From the NCBI GenBank assembly GCA_965214705.1, contig OZ243972.1, positions 2,464,001 to 2,528,000 on the forward strand: 64,000 nucleotides of DNA, written 5' to 3'. This document shows, in pieces, positions 1 through 11,490 of this stretch (positions within the stretch are counted from its first letter, which is position 1; every line of letters begins with the position of its first letter). Source of the DNA: Alphaproteobacteria bacterium. GTDB lineage: Bacteria; Pseudomonadota; Alphaproteobacteria; UBA828. The translations under genes and the position numbers were made by a program. The notes beneath the pieces were generated by a model. The model was not told the origin of the DNA. It ran no database searches and worked only from the letters and a program-made list of their open reading frames with translations.

Positions 1-343
1 GCAGCGGCGAGTCGGCGAACTCATCAGAGGCGCGCTGTCCGAGACCCTCTCCCGCGGCGAGTTTCGCGAACCCGTGTTGAACGAGGTCCGTCTCACCGTG
101 ACGGAAGTTCGGCCGGCGCCGGATCTACGCTCCGCCAAGGTCTACGTGATGCCGCTCGGTGGTGAGCGGGAGAGCGAGGCGGTCGACGCTTTGCAGCGCG
201 CCGCCGGCTACTTGCGTGGCGAGGTGAACCGTCGCGTCAGGCTCAAGTTCTCGCCGTCGCTCAGCTTCGAGATCGACCGCAGCTTCGAGCATGTGCAGCA
301 CATCGACAGGCTGCTCGGCGCAAACGAGAGCGCCGATGACTGA
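1..343 (+). CDS. rbfA: Ribosome-binding factor A (5' end outside window)
   Basis: VTEVRPAPDLRSAKVYV...LKFSPSLSFEIDRSF motifs; directly upstream of truB-rpsO-pnp. Confidence 0.93.
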   Translation, partial: QRRVGELIRGALSETLSRGEFREPVLNEVRLTVTEVRPAPDLRSAKVYVMPLGGERESEAVDALQRAAGYLRGEVNRRVRLKFSPSLSFEIDRSFEHVQHIDRLLGANESADD

Positions 344-1232
344 CGGCACACCCACACGCGGCCCTCACGGCTGGTTGGTGGTGGACAAGCCGCACGGGAT
401 CACCTCTGCGGCAGCCGTCGCCCGCATCAAGTCCCTTGTCGGCCGCGGCGCGAAGGTGGGCCACGCCGGCACGCTGGACCCCATGGCCTCGGGCGTGCTG
501 CCGGTGGCGATCGGCGAGGCCACCAAGACGGTCTCCTTCATGATGGATGCGCCCAAGCGCTACCGCTTCGACGTGCGCTGGGGCGAGCAGCGTGACACGG
601 ACGATGCCGAGGGCACGGTGATCGAGACAAGCGCGCACCGCCCGTCCACGGAGGTTATCGAGTACGCGCTGCCGGCCTTCATCGGCCGCATCGAGCAGGT
701 GCCGCCGGCGTTCTCGGCCCTCAAGGTCGGTGGCGAACGCGCCTATGCGCTCTCGCGCCAGGGCCGGCCGCCGGAGCTCGCGCCGCGCATGGTCCACATC
801 GAGAGCCTGACGCTGATCGAGGCCGATGACGACGGCGCCACCTTCGCGGTCGATTGCGGCAAGGGCACTTACGTGAGGGCGCTGGCCCGCGACATCGCCC
901 GCGCGGCGGGGACGGTCGGCTACGTGAGCCGGCTCCACCGCGCCGCAGTCGGGCCGTTCACCGACGAGGATGCGAATCCACTGGATAAACTGGTCGCGCT
1001 CGGGCATAGTCTGGCTCTCGCCGAAAGCCTGCGACCGGTCGATGCAGTGCTGGCCGACATCCCGGCTCTGCGTCTGACCGCGCGCGAGGCGGATCGCCTG
1101 CGCCACGGCCAGCCAGTGCCCGCGCCCGGTGCCGCACCCGGAAGGGTTCGCGCCGTTGCCGGGTCCCGGCTTGTGGCGTTGGCCGAAGTCGGCGCGGGCC
1201 GGGCCCGCCCGTTGCGGGTCTTCAACATGTGA
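336..1232 (+). CDS. truB: tRNA pseudouridine(55) synthase
   Basis: [46 protein letters not shown]; ATG at 336 overlaps the rbfA end. Confidence 0.95.
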   Translation: MTDGTPTRGPHGWLVVDKPHGITSAAAVARIKSLVGRGAKVGHAGTLDPMASGVLPVAIGEATKTVSFMMDAPKRYRFDVRWGEQRDTDDAEGTVIETSAHRPSTEVIEYALPAFIGRIEQVPPAFSALKVGGERAYALSRQGRPPELAPRMVHIESLTLIEADDDGATFAVDCGKGTYVRALARDIARAAGTVGYVSRLHRAAVGPFTDEDANPLDKLVALGHSLALAESLRPVDAVLADIPALRLTAREADRLRHGQPVPAPGAAPGRVRAVAGSRLVALAEVGAGRARPLRVFNM

Positions 1233-1248
1233 CAAGCGGAGTAGCCAG

Positions 1249-1518
1249 ATGTCGATCACCGCGGCGCGGAAGACCGAGCTGATATCGGAGTACGCAACCA
1301 AGACCCACGATACCGGCTCGCCGGAGGTCCAGGTCGCGATCCTGACCGAACGGATCAACAATCTGACCGAGCATTTTCGGAGCCACAAGAAGGATCTCCA
1401 TTCGAGGCAGGGCCTCCTGAAGATGGTCAGCCGCAGGCGCCGCCTGCTCGACTATCTCAAGCGCAACGATCAGGAGCGCTATTCCACCGTGATTCAGCGG
1501 TTGGGTTTGCGCAAATAG
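1249..1518 (+). CDS. rpsO: 30S ribosomal protein S15
   Basis: 89 aa, [16 protein letters not shown]...[15 protein letters not shown]; GGAG RBS upstream of ATG 1249. Confidence 0.97.
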   Translation: MSITAARKTELISEYATKTHDTGSPEVQVAILTERINNLTEHFRSHKKDLHSRQGLLKMVSRRRRLLDYLKRNDQERYSTVIQRLGLRK

Positions 1519-1664
1519 CATTGGCAGTCGCGTGATCCGCCGGGATGCGGCACGCGGGTCAAGAGGGCACGTCGGGAGGCGCGGCATGGGCCGCCGCCGC
1601 CGGCGTTGCGCCTGTGTAGGGGCGAGCCGAATGGGCGGCTCGCCACCGGAACGAAGGAAACAAT

Positions 1665-3791
1665 ATGTTCGATATCACACGTCGTGAGGTCATGTGGGGC
1701 GAGCGCAAGCTCGTGCTCGAAACCGGGCGCATCGCCCGCCAGGCGGATGGCGCCGTCCTCGCGAGCTACGGCGAAACCGCGGTGCTCTGCACCGTCGTCG
1801 GCCAACGTACCGCGCGGGAGGGCCAAGATTTCTTCCCGCTGACAGTCAACTACGAGGAGAAAGCATTCGCCGCCGGCAAGATTCCAGGCGGCTTCTTCAA
1901 GCGCGAAGGGCGCCCGAGCGAGAAGGAGACCCTGGTCTCCCGCCTGATCGACCGGCCGCTTCGGCCCCTCTTCGTCAAGTCGTTTCGTAACGAAACCCAA
2001 GTCATCTGCACGGTGCTCTCGCACGACCTGGTCAACGATTCCGACATCGTCGCCATGATCGGCGCGTCGGCCGCGCTCACCATCTCCGGCCTGCCCTTCA
2101 TGGGGCCGATCGGGGGGTGCCGGGTCGGCTACGTCGACGGCGCCTACATGCTGAACCCGACCTACGAGCAGCGCGCGGCCTCCGACCTCGATCTGGTCAT
2201 GGCCGGCACCCAGGAGGGCGTGCTCATGGTCGAATCGGAGGCATCCGAGCTCTCCGAGGACCAGATGCTAGGCGCCGTGACCTTTGGCCACGAGTCCGTC
2301 AAGCCGGTGATCGAGGCCATCATCAGCCTTGCCGAGGCTTGCGCGAAGGAGCCCTGGGAGCTGCCCGAGGAAGAGGTGGACACAGCCCTCGTCGAACGGA
2401 TTCGCGCAAGCGCCGAGGCCTCGCTGCGCACGGCCTATTCGGTCGCCGGCAAGACCGAGCGGCAGGACAAGGTGGCGGCCGCGAAGTCCGAGACTGCGGC
2501 GCAGTTCCGCGAGGACGACGGCGCTGCCGGCATCCTCGACAGCACGCTGAGTTCGCTCGAGAAGGAGATCGTGCGCGGCCAGATCCTCGACAGTGGCGTG
2601 CGCATCGACGGCCGTACGACCAGCGATGTTCGCGCCATCGAGAGCGACGTGGGTGTGCTGCCGCGCAGCCACGGCTCGGCGCTGTTCACGCGCGGCGAGA
2701 CCCAGGCGCTGGTCACGGCGACCCTCGGCACCGGCCAGGACGAGCAGATCATGGACATGCTCGAGGGCGAGTACCGTGAGCGCTTCATGCTGCACTACAA
2801 CTTCCCGCCCTATTCGGTGGGCGAGGCGCGCTTCCTGCGCGGGCCCGGCCGGCGCGAGATCGGCCACGGCAAGCTCGCCTGGCGGGCGGTCCATCCGCTC
2901 CTGCCCGACGCCGAGGCATTCCCCTACACTATCCGCGTGGTCTCGGAGATCACGGAATCCAACGGGTCGTCGTCGATGGCGACGGTCTGCGGAGCCTCGC
3001 TCTCGCTGATGGATGCGGGCGTTCCCCTGGCCCGGCCGGTCGCCGGCATCGCCATGGGGCTGATCAAGGAAGACGACCGCTTCGCCGTACTCTCCGACAT
3101 CCTCGGTGACGAGGACCATCTTGGCGACATGGACTTCAAGGTCGCGGGCACGGAGCAAGGCATCACCTCGCTGCAGATGGACATCAAGATCACCAGCATC
3201 ACCGAGGAGATCATGCGCACTGCGCTCGCTCAGGCGCGCGACGGCCGGCTGCACATCCTCGGCGAGATGGCGAAGGCGCTCGCGCACGCCCGCGACAGCG
3301 TGAGCGACAATGCGCCCCGCATCACCACCTTCTCGATCCCGAAGGATCGCATCCGCGAGGTCATCGGGCCCGGCGGCAAGGTCATTCGCGAGATCTGCGA
3401 GACCACCGGGACCAAGATCGACATCGAGGACGATGGCACCATCAAGGTGGCGGCGGTCGAGGGCGAGGCGACGAAGGCCGCGATCAACATGATCCGCGAC
3501 ATCGTGGCCGAGCCCGAGGTCGGCGTGATCTACGACGGCAAGGTGGTCAAGATCGTCGACTTCGGCGCCTTCGTGAACTTCATCGGCAAGCGCGACGGCT
3601 TAGTGCATATCAGCGAGATCGCGCCGCGCCGGATCAAGAGCGTGAGCGACGTTCTGAGCGAAGGCGATAACGTCAAAGTGAAGGTGCTCGGAATCGACGA
3701 CCGCGGTAAGGTCAAGCTGAGCATGAGAGCCGTGAATCAGGAAAGCGGAGAGGACCTGAGCGCGGCCGAAGAAGCGGCGCAAGCCGGGTAG
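1665..3791 (+). CDS. pnp: Polyribonucleotide nucleotidyltransferase
   Basis: Two RNase PH domains, [30 protein letters not shown] (IGPGGK) and S1 domains. Confidence 0.98.
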   Translation: MFDITRREVMWGERKLVLETGRIARQADGAVLASYGETAVLCTVVGQRTAREGQDFFPLTVNYEEKAFAAGKIPGGFFKREGRPSEKETLVSRLIDRPLRPLFVKSFRNETQVICTVLSHDLVNDSDIVAMIGASAALTISGLPFMGPIGGCRVGYVDGAYMLNPTYEQRAASDLDLVMAGTQEGVLMVESEASELSEDQMLGAVTFGHESVKPVIEAIISLAEACAKEPWELPEEEVDTALVERIRASAEASLRTAYSVAGKTERQDKVAAAKSETAAQFREDDGAAGILDSTLSSLEKEIVRGQILDSGVRIDGRTTSDVRAIESDVGVLPRSHGSALFTRGETQALVTATLGTGQDEQIMDMLEGEYRERFMLHYNFPPYSVGEARFLRGPGRREIGHGKLAWRAVHPLLPDAEAFPYTIRVVSEITESNGSSSMATVCGASLSLMDAGVPLARPVAGIAMGLIKEDDRFAVLSDILGDEDHLGDMDFKVAGTEQGITSLQMDIKITSITEEIMRTALAQARDGRLHILGEMAKALAHARDSVSDNAPRITTFSIPKDRIREVIGPGGKVIREICETTGTKIDIEDDGTIKVAAVEGEATKAAINMIRDIVAEPEVGVIYDGKVVKIVDFGAFVNFIGKRDGLVHISEIAPRRIKSVSDVLSEGDNVKVKVLGIDDRGKVKLSMRAVNQESGEDLSAAEEAAQAG

Positions 3792-3930
3792 GGAAAGCCG
3801 CCAAGAGAAGCGACACCTTGCAAACGCCGCCGCTGCCGCCCACATCGCGGTGCAGCGGCGGCACCAACTCGCTGCCCTGCGCTGCCGCGGTGGGCGAAAC
3901 GAGCCTGATGCAACGGCGGATGGACCGACC

Positions 3931-5328
3931 ATGAAGGCGTTGAACGCAATCAGGTTGTCGGGGCGCGATGTCCTCCCCTTGATCGAGGGCGGCAAGGGCA
4001 TCGGCGTGACCAACGGCCTGAGCTCCGGCGCCTGGGCTGCCGCCGGCGGCGTCGGCACGTTTTCCGGCGTCAATGCCGATTACTACGACGAGCACGGCCG
4101 GGCGATTCCACAGACCTATCGCGGTCGCACCCGCAAGGAACGGCACGAGGAGCTGGTCGATTACGCGATCAGGGGCGGCATCGCCCAGGCGCGCATCGCC
4201 CACGAGGTCTCCGGCGGCGATGGCCGGCTCCACATGAACGTGCTGTGGGAGATGGCCGCTGCCGAGCGCATTCTCCACGGCATTCTCGAGGCGACGCGCG
4301 GAATTATCCACGGCGTGACCTGCGGCGCCGGCATGCCATACCGCCTGGCCGAGGTAGCCGCGCAGTACGATGTCCAGTACTACCCGATCATCTCGTCGGC
4401 GCGGGCGTTCCGCGCGCTCTGGAAGCGCGCGTACCATCGCTTCTCGGACTGGATGGGCGGCGTGGTCTACGAGGACCCCTGGCGCGCCGGCGGTCATAAC
4501 GGCCTCTCAAACAGCGAGGATCCCGAACAGCCTGAGCCCGCCTATCCTCGGGTTGTGGCGCTGCGCCAGCAAATGCGTGAGTACGGCCTCGACGACGTGC
4601 CGATCGTGATGGCAGGCGGCGTCTGGTACCTGCGTGACTGGGAGGATTGGCTCGACAACCCCGAGCTCGGTCCCGTCGTCTTCCAGTTCGGCACCCGCCC
4701 GCTGGTGACCGAAGAAAGCCCGATCTCCGAGCGCTGGAAGCGCAAGCTGCTGTCCATGCAGGAAGGAGACGTGAAGCTCAACCGCTTCAGCCCTACCGGA
4801 TTCTATTCGTCGGCGGTGCGCAACGACTTCATCCACGAGCTCGCCGAGCGCGAGCAGCGTCAGGTCGCCTACACCGCCGAGCCCATCGGTGACCACGACC
4901 AGAAATTCACCCCGGGGCCGCGCGGGCGTTCTTTCTATGTGACCAAGGGCGATTTGAAGCGGGCCGAAGCGTGGATGAACGAGGGCTTCACCTCCGTGAT
5001 GAAGACCCCTGAGACCACGATCATCTTCGTCACCGACGAGAAGGCGCGCGAGATCAGGGCCGATCAAGCCGCCTGCATGGGCTGCCTCAGCGCCTGCAGG
5101 TTCAGCAACTGGGCGACCAACGAAACGGGCTCGACCGGCAAGAAGACCGATCCCCGCAGCTACTGCATCCAGAAGACGCTGCAGGAGATCATCCACGGCG
5201 AGGACATCGACAACCAGCTCATGTTCGCCGGCCACGCGGCGTTCCGCTTCGCGGACGATCCCTTCTATTCGAACCGCTTCATCCCCACCGTGCGCCAGCT
5301 GGTGGAGCGCCTGCTTACCGGCGACTGA
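3931..5328 (+). CDS. Nitronate monooxygenase-family flavin oxidoreductase
   Basis: PLIEGGKG, GVTCGAGMPY, EDPWRAGGHNGLS, MAGG, FQFGTR; ATG at 3931 preferred over the upstream GTG. Confidence 0.8.
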   Translation: MKALNAIRLSGRDVLPLIEGGKGIGVTNGLSSGAWAAAGGVGTFSGVNADYYDEHGRAIPQTYRGRTRKERHEELVDYAIRGGIAQARIAHEVSGGDGRLHMNVLWEMAAAERILHGILEATRGIIHGVTCGAGMPYRLAEVAAQYDVQYYPIISSARAFRALWKRAYHRFSDWMGGVVYEDPWRAGGHNGLSNSEDPEQPEPAYPRVVALRQQMREYGLDDVPIVMAGGVWYLRDWEDWLDNPELGPVVFQFGTRPLVTEESPISERWKRKLLSMQEGDVKLNRFSPTGFYSSAVRNDFIHELAEREQRQVAYTAEPIGDHDQKFTPGPRGRSFYVTKGDLKRAEAWMNEGFTSVMKTPETTIIFVTDEKAREIRADQAACMGCLSACRFSNWATNETGSTGKKTDPRSYCIQKTLQEIIHGEDIDNQLMFAGHAAFRFADDPFYSNRFIPTVRQLVERLLTGD

Positions 5329-5356
5329 CGGTGGGCCGCCACGCCGGCGGCTCTCC

Positions 5357-6328
5357 TCAACGCTCCTTCACGTAGGGAACGCCGCTCGCCTTGGGCGGCA
5401 CCGCCTTGCCGACGAAGCCTACGAGCAGAAGCACGGTGAGCAGGTAGGGCAGCGCCTGGATTGCCTGCACCGGGATGATCCCGACGCCGGGGATATCCAC
5501 CCCTTGCAGCCTTGCCTGCACGGCATCGGCGAAGGCGAAGAGGAAGCAGGCGAAGAGGGTCGGCACCGGGCGCCACTTGCCGAAGATCAGCGCAGCGAGC
5601 GCGAGGTAGCCCATGCCCGCGCTCATGTCGCGCACGAAGAGCGCGTTCTGTGCGATCGAGAGCGACGTGCCGGCGACGCCACAGAGAATGCCGCAGACGA
5701 TCATCGCCCGGTAGCGCATGCCGGCGACCGAGATGCCGGCGGTGTCCACCGCCTCCGGCGCCTCGCCGACAGCGCGGAGTCTCAGCCCGAAGCGGGTCTT
5801 GTAGATGAACCACGCCGCGAGCGGGACCATGCCGAGCGCGATGTAGACGATCAGGTTGTGGCCGCTCACGATCTCCGAATAGATCTGGCCGAGGAAGGGC
5901 ACGTCGCTCAGCCGGTCGGCGAAGGGGAAGTGGATCGGGCGGAAGCGCGCCGCGTCCGCCACGATCGGCGTGTGCCCGCCCTGCCCGAACCATGCGAGCG
6001 AGAGCACCGGCCCGAGGCCCGCCACCAGGATGTTGAGCGCCATGCCCGAGACCACCTGATCGCCCCGGTGGGTGACGCAAGCGAAGGCATGGATCATCGC
6101 GAGCCCCACGGAGGCGCCCATGCCGGCGAGCAGGCCGATCCACGCCGAGCCCGTGGCGAACGCCGCCGCCGCAGCGGCAAACGCCGCCCCCAGCATCTTG
6201 CCCTCGAGACCGATATCGACCACGCCCGAACGCTCGGCGAACATGCCGGCGAAGGCGGCCAGAATCAGCGGCGTCGAGACGCGCAGCGTCGCGTCGATCA
6301 CCAGGACGATCCAGGTGATCGCTTCCAT
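5357..6328 (-). CDS. ABC transporter permease (BMP/nucleoside-type, BPD_transp_2)
   Basis: ERSGVVDIGLEG, GLRLRAVGEAPEAVDTAG; hydrophobic; operon with ATPase and BMP protein. Confidence 0.9.
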   Translation of the reverse strand: MEAITWIVLVIDATLRVSTPLILAAFAGMFAERSGVVDIGLEGKMLGAAFAAAAAAFATGSAWIGLLAGMGASVGLAMIHAFACVTHRGDQVVSGMALNILVAGLGPVLSLAWFGQGGHTPIVADAARFRPIHFPFADRLSDVPFLGQIYSEIVSGHNLIVYIALGMVPLAAWFIYKTRFGLRLRAVGEAPEAVDTAGISVAGMRYRAMIVCGILCGVAGTSLSIAQNALFVRDMSAGMGYLALAALIFGKWRPVPTLFACFLFAFADAVQARLQGVDIPGVGIIPVQAIQALPYLLTVLLLVGFVGKAVPPKASGVPYVKER

Positions 6329-6330
6329 GG

Positions 6331-7446
6331 CTACGCCGCCACCGCCCGCGCGCGGCGTGCGAACAGGCGCTCGATCCGGCCGCGGAACATGTGCTCCAGC
6401 GCGCCCGAGAACAGGATGACCAGCCCCTGCAGCACCACCACCATGTCGCGGGTCACGTTGGGCATGTCGAAGGCGAGCTCGGAGCCGCCCTGGTAGAGAA
6501 TGCCGAAAAGCAGGGCCGCGAGCAGGATGCCCACCGGGTGGTTGCGGCCCATCAGCGCGACCGCGATGCCCACGAAGCCGTAGCCCGCCGTGAACTCCAG
6601 CAACAGCCGGTGGTGGACGCCGATGATCTCGTTGACGCCCACGAGGCCGGCGAGCCCGCCCGAGATCGCCATCGCCAGCATGATCGAGCGGTCCGGTGCA
6701 ATGCCGCCGTAGACTGCTGCCGACTCGTTATGGCCGACGGCGCGAATCTCGTAGCCCCAGCGGGTGCGCCAGACGAAGAACCAGAAGAGCACGAGGCAGA
6801 CCGCTGCGATGACGATACTCAGGTTGAGCGACGAGCGGCCGATATTCGCGCCAAACGCCGCGAAGACATCGTGGACGAAGGGGAGCCAGGCGCCCGCCTC
6901 GAAGGTGCGGCTTTCGGCCGCCTGCTGCCCCGGCTTGATGAAGATTTCGACCAGCAGGTAGGTCATCAGCGCTGCGGCCAGGAAGTTGAACATGATCGTC
7001 GTGATGACGATGTGGCTGCCGCGCTTCGCCTGCAGCCAGCCGGGAATGAATGCCCAGAAGGCGCCGAAGGCCATGGCGCAGGCGATCGCCAGCGGAATCA
7101 CCACAGGCGCCGGCCAGTGGCCCAGATAAAGCCCGATCAGACCCGCGCCGAGCCCGCCGAGATAGGCCTGCCCCTCGCCGCCGATGTTGAAGAGGCCGCA
7201 GTGGAAGGCGATGGCGACGGCGAGCCCGGTGAAGACGAAGTTGGTGGTGTAGTAGAGGGTGTAACCGATCGCTTCCGGGTAGCCCACCGCGCCGAGCACC
7301 AGCAGCCTCAGCGCCTCGAACGGGTTCTCGCCGATCAGCGCAATGATGATGCCGGCGATGACGAGCGCGAGCCCCAGGTTGATGAGCGGGACCAGCCCGT
7401 GTGTGACCCAGGTCGGCGCCTGGGTCGGGCCGCCGAAGCCCTTCAC
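6331..7446 (-). CDS. ABC transporter permease (BMP/nucleoside-type)
   Basis: GLFNIGGEGQ, GYEIRAVGHN, GFVGIAVALMGRNHP. Confidence 0.9.
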   Translation of the reverse strand: MKGFGGPTQAPTWVTHGLVPLINLGLALVIAGIIIALIGENPFEALRLLVLGAVGYPEAIGYTLYYTTNFVFTGLAVAIAFHCGLFNIGGEGQAYLGGLGAGLIGLYLGHWPAPVVIPLAIACAMAFGAFWAFIPGWLQAKRGSHIVITTIMFNFLAAALMTYLLVEIFIKPGQQAAESRTFEAGAWLPFVHDVFAAFGANIGRSSLNLSIVIAAVCLVLFWFFVWRTRWGYEIRAVGHNESAAVYGGIAPDRSIMLAMAISGGLAGLVGVNEIIGVHHRLLLEFTAGYGFVGIAVALMGRNHPVGILLAALLFGILYQGGSELAFDMPNVTRDMVVVLQGLVILFSGALEHMFRGRIERLFARRARAVAA

Positions 7447-9044
7447 GCCTCGGCGACCTCCGCAGCGTCCGCGCGCTCGCCCGCCATCATCAGGCCGAGC
7501 GTGCGCTCGTCCGCCTCCGCCTGCGCCACCTCGCCCACGATCGCGCCGCCGAACATCACCAGGATGCGGTCCGCGAGAGACATGATCTCGTCGAGCTCGA
7601 CCGAGACCAGCAGGATCGCCTTGCCCTCGTCCCGCATCGCCACGAGCTTGCGGTGGATGAACTCGATGGCGCCGATATCGACGCCCCGCGTGGGCTGGCC
7701 CACCAGCAGCACGTCCGGGCTGCGGCTCATCTCGCGGCCGACCACGATCTTCTGCTGATTGCCGCCGGAGAAGTTGGCGGTGCGCAGCGACGGCAGGGGC
7801 GGGCGCACGTCGAAGTCCTCCATCGTGCTTCCCACGGCGTCGACCACCGCGCCGCGGCTCATCAGCGCGCCGCGGTTGTAAAGCCGCTCCCGGTGATACC
7901 CGAGGACGCCGCTCTCGGAGGCGTCGAAGGCCGTCACCAGCCCCATGCGCTGGCGATCTTCCGGCACGTGGCCGAGCCCGCGCCGGCGCATGGCCCGCGC
8001 CGCCTCGGCCCGGCCGCCGGCGGGCACCGGCTCGCCCCCGATGGCGATGGTACCGCTCTCACGGGCGAGGGTGCCGGCCAGCGCCTCCAGCAGCTCCGAC
8101 TGGCCGTTGCCGGCGACGCCCGCGATGCCGACGATCTCGCCGGCGTGCACGGTGAAGCTCACGTCGTGCACGCGCAGCACGCCGCTGCGGTCGCGCACCG
8201 CCAGGCTCTCGACCCGCAGCAACGCCTCGCCCGGCGCTGCTTCCTCCTTGTCCACGCGGAGCAGCACGCTGCGGCCCACCATCATCGCCGCGAGCTGGGC
8301 GCGGTCGGTCTCCGCAGTCGCCACATGATCGACCACGCGGCCCGCGCGCATGACGGTGACCCGGTCGGTGAGCGCCATGATCTCGCGCAGCTTGTGGGTG
8401 ATCAGGACGATGGTCCGGCCCTGGTCCCGGAGCGCGCGGAGGATGCGGAAGAGGTCGTCCACTTCCTGCGGTGTGAGCACGCCCGTGGGCTCGTCCAGGA
8501 TCAGGATGTCGGCGCCGCGATAGAGCGCCTTCAGGATCTCCACCCGCTGCTGCAGGCCCACGGGCAGCGAGCCCACGATGGCGTCGGGATCGACATCGAG
8601 CCCGTACTCGCGCTCCAGCCGCTCCAGCTCCTGCCGGGCCTCGCTCAGGGTCGAGCGCAGCAGGTAGCCCTTCTCGACGCCGAGCACCACGTTCTCCAGC
8701 ACGGTGAAGGTGTCCACGAGCATGAAGTGCTGGTGGACCATGCCGACTCCGTGGCTGATGGCGTCTTCCGGCCCCCTGATGGTGACCGGCGTGCCGCCCA
8801 CCCTGATCTCGCCGCCGTCGGCCTGGTAGTAGCCGTAGACGATGCTCATCAGGGTCGACTTGCCGGCGCCGTTCTCGCCGACGATGCCGTGGATCGTGCC
8901 GGGTGCGACGGCGACCGAGACGTCGTCGTTCGCGTGCACCGAGCCGAACCACTTCTGGATGCCGACGACCTCCAGCGCGGGCACACCCGGCCCGCCCGAG
9001 GGGCCGCGCTCTTCCGCAGCCCCCCGGTGTTCGTCCCCGGCCAC
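7443..9044 (-). CDS. ABC transporter ATP-binding protein (two ABC domains, sugar/nucleoside type)
   Basis: GENGAGKST, ILDEPT, FSGGNQQK, QPTRGVDIGA. Confidence 0.92.
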   Translation of the reverse strand: MAGDEHRGAAEERGPSGGPGVPALEVVGIQKWFGSVHANDDVSVAVAPGTIHGIVGENGAGKSTLMSIVYGYYQADGGEIRVGGTPVTIRGPEDAISHGVGMVHQHFMLVDTFTVLENVVLGVEKGYLLRSTLSEARQELERLEREYGLDVDPDAIVGSLPVGLQQRVEILKALYRGADILILDEPTGVLTPQEVDDLFRILRALRDQGRTIVLITHKLREIMALTDRVTVMRAGRVVDHVATAETDRAQLAAMMVGRSVLLRVDKEEAAPGEALLRVESLAVRDRSGVLRVHDVSFTVHAGEIVGIAGVAGNGQSELLEALAGTLARESGTIAIGGEPVPAGGRAEAARAMRRRGLGHVPEDRQRMGLVTAFDASESGVLGYHRERLYNRGALMSRGAVVDAVGSTMEDFDVRPPLPSLRTANFSGGNQQKIVVGREMSRSPDVLLVGQPTRGVDIGAIEFIHRKLVAMRDEGKAILLVSVELDEIMSLADRILVMFGGAIVGEVAQAEADERTLGLMMAGERADAAEVAEA

Positions 9045-9087
9045 GGGGCTTACGCCTCGGTAGCCGGCGGGCGCCGGCGCCCGCGCG

Positions 9088-10071
9088 CTACTGCGCCATG
9101 TAGTCGGTCACCGCGATGTTGCCGGCGATGATGTCCGTGCGCGCCTGCTCGATTGCCGTTTCCATCTCGGCCGAGATGAGGCTGCGGTTGTGCTCGTCCA
9201 GCGCCCAGCCGACGCCGTCCTCCGCCAGCCCGAGGATCTGGATGCCCCCTTGCCAGGTGCCTTCCTTGGCAGCCCTGAAGGACTCGTAGACCGCCACGTC
9301 CACGCGCTTGACCATCGAGGTCAGCATCGTGCCGGGGTGGATGTAGTTCTGGTTGCTGTCCACCCCGATGGCGAGCTTGCCGGCGTCCTTCGCTGCCTGG
9401 TAGACGCCGATGCCGGTGCCGCCGGCGGCGGCGTAGACCACGTCCGCGCCCCGGTCGAACTGGCTGCGCGCGAGCTCGCCGCCCTTGGTCGGGTCGTTCC
9501 AGGCAGACGGCGTCGTGCCGGTCATGTTCTGGAAGATCTCGATGTCCGGATTGACGTGCTGCGCGCCCTCCACGTAGCCGAGCGCGAACTTGCGGATCAG
9601 CGGGATGTCCATCCCCCCGACGAAGCCGACCTTACCCGTCTGAGACGCCATCGCAGCCGCCATGCCCACCAGGAACGAGCCCTCGTGCTCCTTGAAGATC
9701 ACCGACTGCACGTTGGGCAGGTCCACCACCATGTCGATCAGGGTGAACTTGGTCTCGGGGAACTCCTGCGCCACGGTCTCGACCGCCGCCGCCTGGGCGA
9801 AGCCCATCGCCACCACCACCTGCGCGCCGCGCCTGGCCATGTTGCGGAGCGCCTGCTCGCGCATTGAGGGGTTGGTCACCTCGAAGTCGCGGTACTGAAT
9901 GCCGGTGTCCGCTGTAAACTTCTCGGCACCGTTGAAGGCGGCCTCGTTGAAGGACTTGTCGAACTTGCCGCCCATGTCGAAGACGACGGCCGGCGTGAAG
10001 TCCTCGGCCTGGGCCATGCCGCCCGCGGCAATCCCGATCGCCGCGAGCGCGACGACGATGAGTCGTTTCAT
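9088..10071 (-). CDS. BMP-family ABC substrate-binding protein
   Basis: Signal peptide; DMGGKFDKSFN, GADVVYAAAGGTG, AIGVDSNQ. Confidence 0.9.
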   Translation of the reverse strand: MKRLIVVALAAIGIAAGGMAQAEDFTPAVVFDMGGKFDKSFNEAAFNGAEKFTADTGIQYRDFEVTNPSMREQALRNMARRGAQVVVAMGFAQAAAVETVAQEFPETKFTLIDMVVDLPNVQSVIFKEHEGSFLVGMAAAMASQTGKVGFVGGMDIPLIRKFALGYVEGAQHVNPDIEIFQNMTGTTPSAWNDPTKGGELARSQFDRGADVVYAAAGGTGIGVYQAAKDAGKLAIGVDSNQNYIHPGTMLTSMVKRVDVAVYESFRAAKEGTWQGGIQILGLAEDGVGWALDEHNRSLISAEMETAIEQARTDIIAGNIAVTDYMAQ

Positions 10072-10153
10072 TGGGAATCTCCCTTGGATTTTGGTGCGTG
10101 TCCCGATTGCGCCCAGCCTAGCCTAGCCACTATCGAATGTCTGTCTCCGCGCC

Positions 10154-10684
10154 CTATTCGGCAGCCTCGGCGCTAGCGCTCTGTGCTTTCTCCAGAGTGA
10201 GCTCGACCGGCACCGGGTTGGAGACGATGTCGAGCACCGGGCAATGCGCGTTGACCGCCTGCTGGAGCTTGGCCAGCGTCTCCTCATCTGCGGACGAGAC
10301 CACGCGCACGGTGCCGCGCAGCTTCTGGTAGCCCGGCCGCACCGATTCGTCGACCGCAAAGAAGCCGCGCAGGTCGATATCGCCCTCCAGCGTCACCGCG
10401 ACGTGCTCCAGCGGGATGCCGAGGGCCGCCGCATAGGCGCGATAGGTGATCTCCTGGCAAGTGCCGAGCGCTGCGAGGATCAGCTCGACCGGGTTGGGCC
10501 CGGTGTCGGTGCCGCCCAGGCTCTCCGGCTCATCCACCACCAGGCGGTGGTCGCGCATCGCCACCTCCGAGCGGAAGCCCTCGCCCAGGGACGACACGGA
10601 TTCGAAAGTCGCCTGCGCCTCCGCCGGATCGGTGCGGAAGGCCTCCTGGGTTTCGACGATCAGATTGCGCAGCTCTTCGCTCAT
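10154..10684 (-). CDS. OsmC/Ohr-family protein
   Basis: DEPESLGGTDTGPNPVELILAALGTC...HCPV. Confidence 0.85.
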   Translation of the reverse strand: MSEELRNLIVETQEAFRTDPAEAQATFESVSSLGEGFRSEVAMRDHRLVVDEPESLGGTDTGPNPVELILAALGTCQEITYRAYAAALGIPLEHVAVTLEGDIDLRGFFAVDESVRPGYQKLRGTVRVVSSADEETLAKLQQAVNAHCPVLDIVSNPVPVELTLEKAQSASAEAAE

Positions 10685-10769
10685 GGTCCATCTCCCTCTG
10701 GCGGCCGTTCACTCGGCCGAGACTATGACTGTTGATCCATCAATACGTGCTTTTGTGTGAACTTGGGAG

Positions 10770-11435
10770 TCATCGCCCTGCGTCCGCCGCAGCGACCACA
10801 TCCATGAAGGCGCCGAGCTTTGCGGCATCGAGGGCGCCCTCGGTGCGGACGCCGGTGCAGAGATCGACCCCGTAGGGGCGCACCGCGAGGATCGCTTCGG
10901 CCACGTTGCCCGCGTTGAGCCCGCCTGCGAGGAAGACGGGGCAGGGGGCTTCCGCCACGATGCGCCGGCTAAGCGCCCAGTCGTGGACCCGCCCGGTGCC
11001 GCCCAACTCCTTGACCTTGCCGGCCGGATTGCCGGAATCGAGCAGCAGCCCGTCCACCATGGGAGCGATGGCCACGGCCTCCGCGACCGCGCCCTCGTCC
11101 CGCACGTGGATCACCTGCACCAGCGCGATGCCGGGCAGCGCCGCGCGCAACGCCGGGTAGGCGCTGGCATCGAGCGCGTCGCAGAGCTGGATCGTGTTGA
11201 CCCCGCAGCGCCGCTGCTGGGCGGCAATGGCGGCGGGCTCCACCTTCGACGTGAGCAGGAAGGTGCCCAGGGCCGGCGGCGCGGCGGCGGTGATCTCCCC
11301 GATCAGGTCTTCCCCGATCACCCCCGGCCCGCTCGGCATTGCCGAGACCAGCCCGATCGCATCGGCGCCTGCGGCGACAGCGGCTTGCGCCTCCGCCAAG
11401 CTGGAGATGCAGCAGATTTTCGCGCGTGTCCGCAT
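10770..11435 (-). CDS. trpF: Phosphoribosylanthranilate isomerase-like protein (stand-alone TrpF family)
   Basis: KICCI, GADAIG, LLLDS, GGTGRVHDW, LAGGLNAGNV, GVDLCTGV. Confidence 0.75.
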   Translation of the reverse strand: MRTRAKICCISSLAEAQAAVAAGADAIGLVSAMPSGPGVIGEDLIGEITAAAPPALGTFLLTSKVEPAAIAAQQRRCGVNTIQLCDALDASAYPALRAALPGIALVQVIHVRDEGAVAEAVAIAPMVDGLLLDSGNPAGKVKELGGTGRVHDWALSRRIVAEAPCPVFLAGGLNAGNVAEAILAVRPYGVDLCTGVRTEGALDAAKLGAFMDVVAAADAGR

Positions 11436-11490
11436 CGGCCTCGGTAGACCGACCGCGCCGAGCGCGTTAGGTGTCGGCCCTGCGGGCAGC

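Noticed and set aside
1519-1664. Structured pnp leader or ncRNA
   Set aside because: GC-rich hairpins are plausible but nothing specific could be supported by eye.
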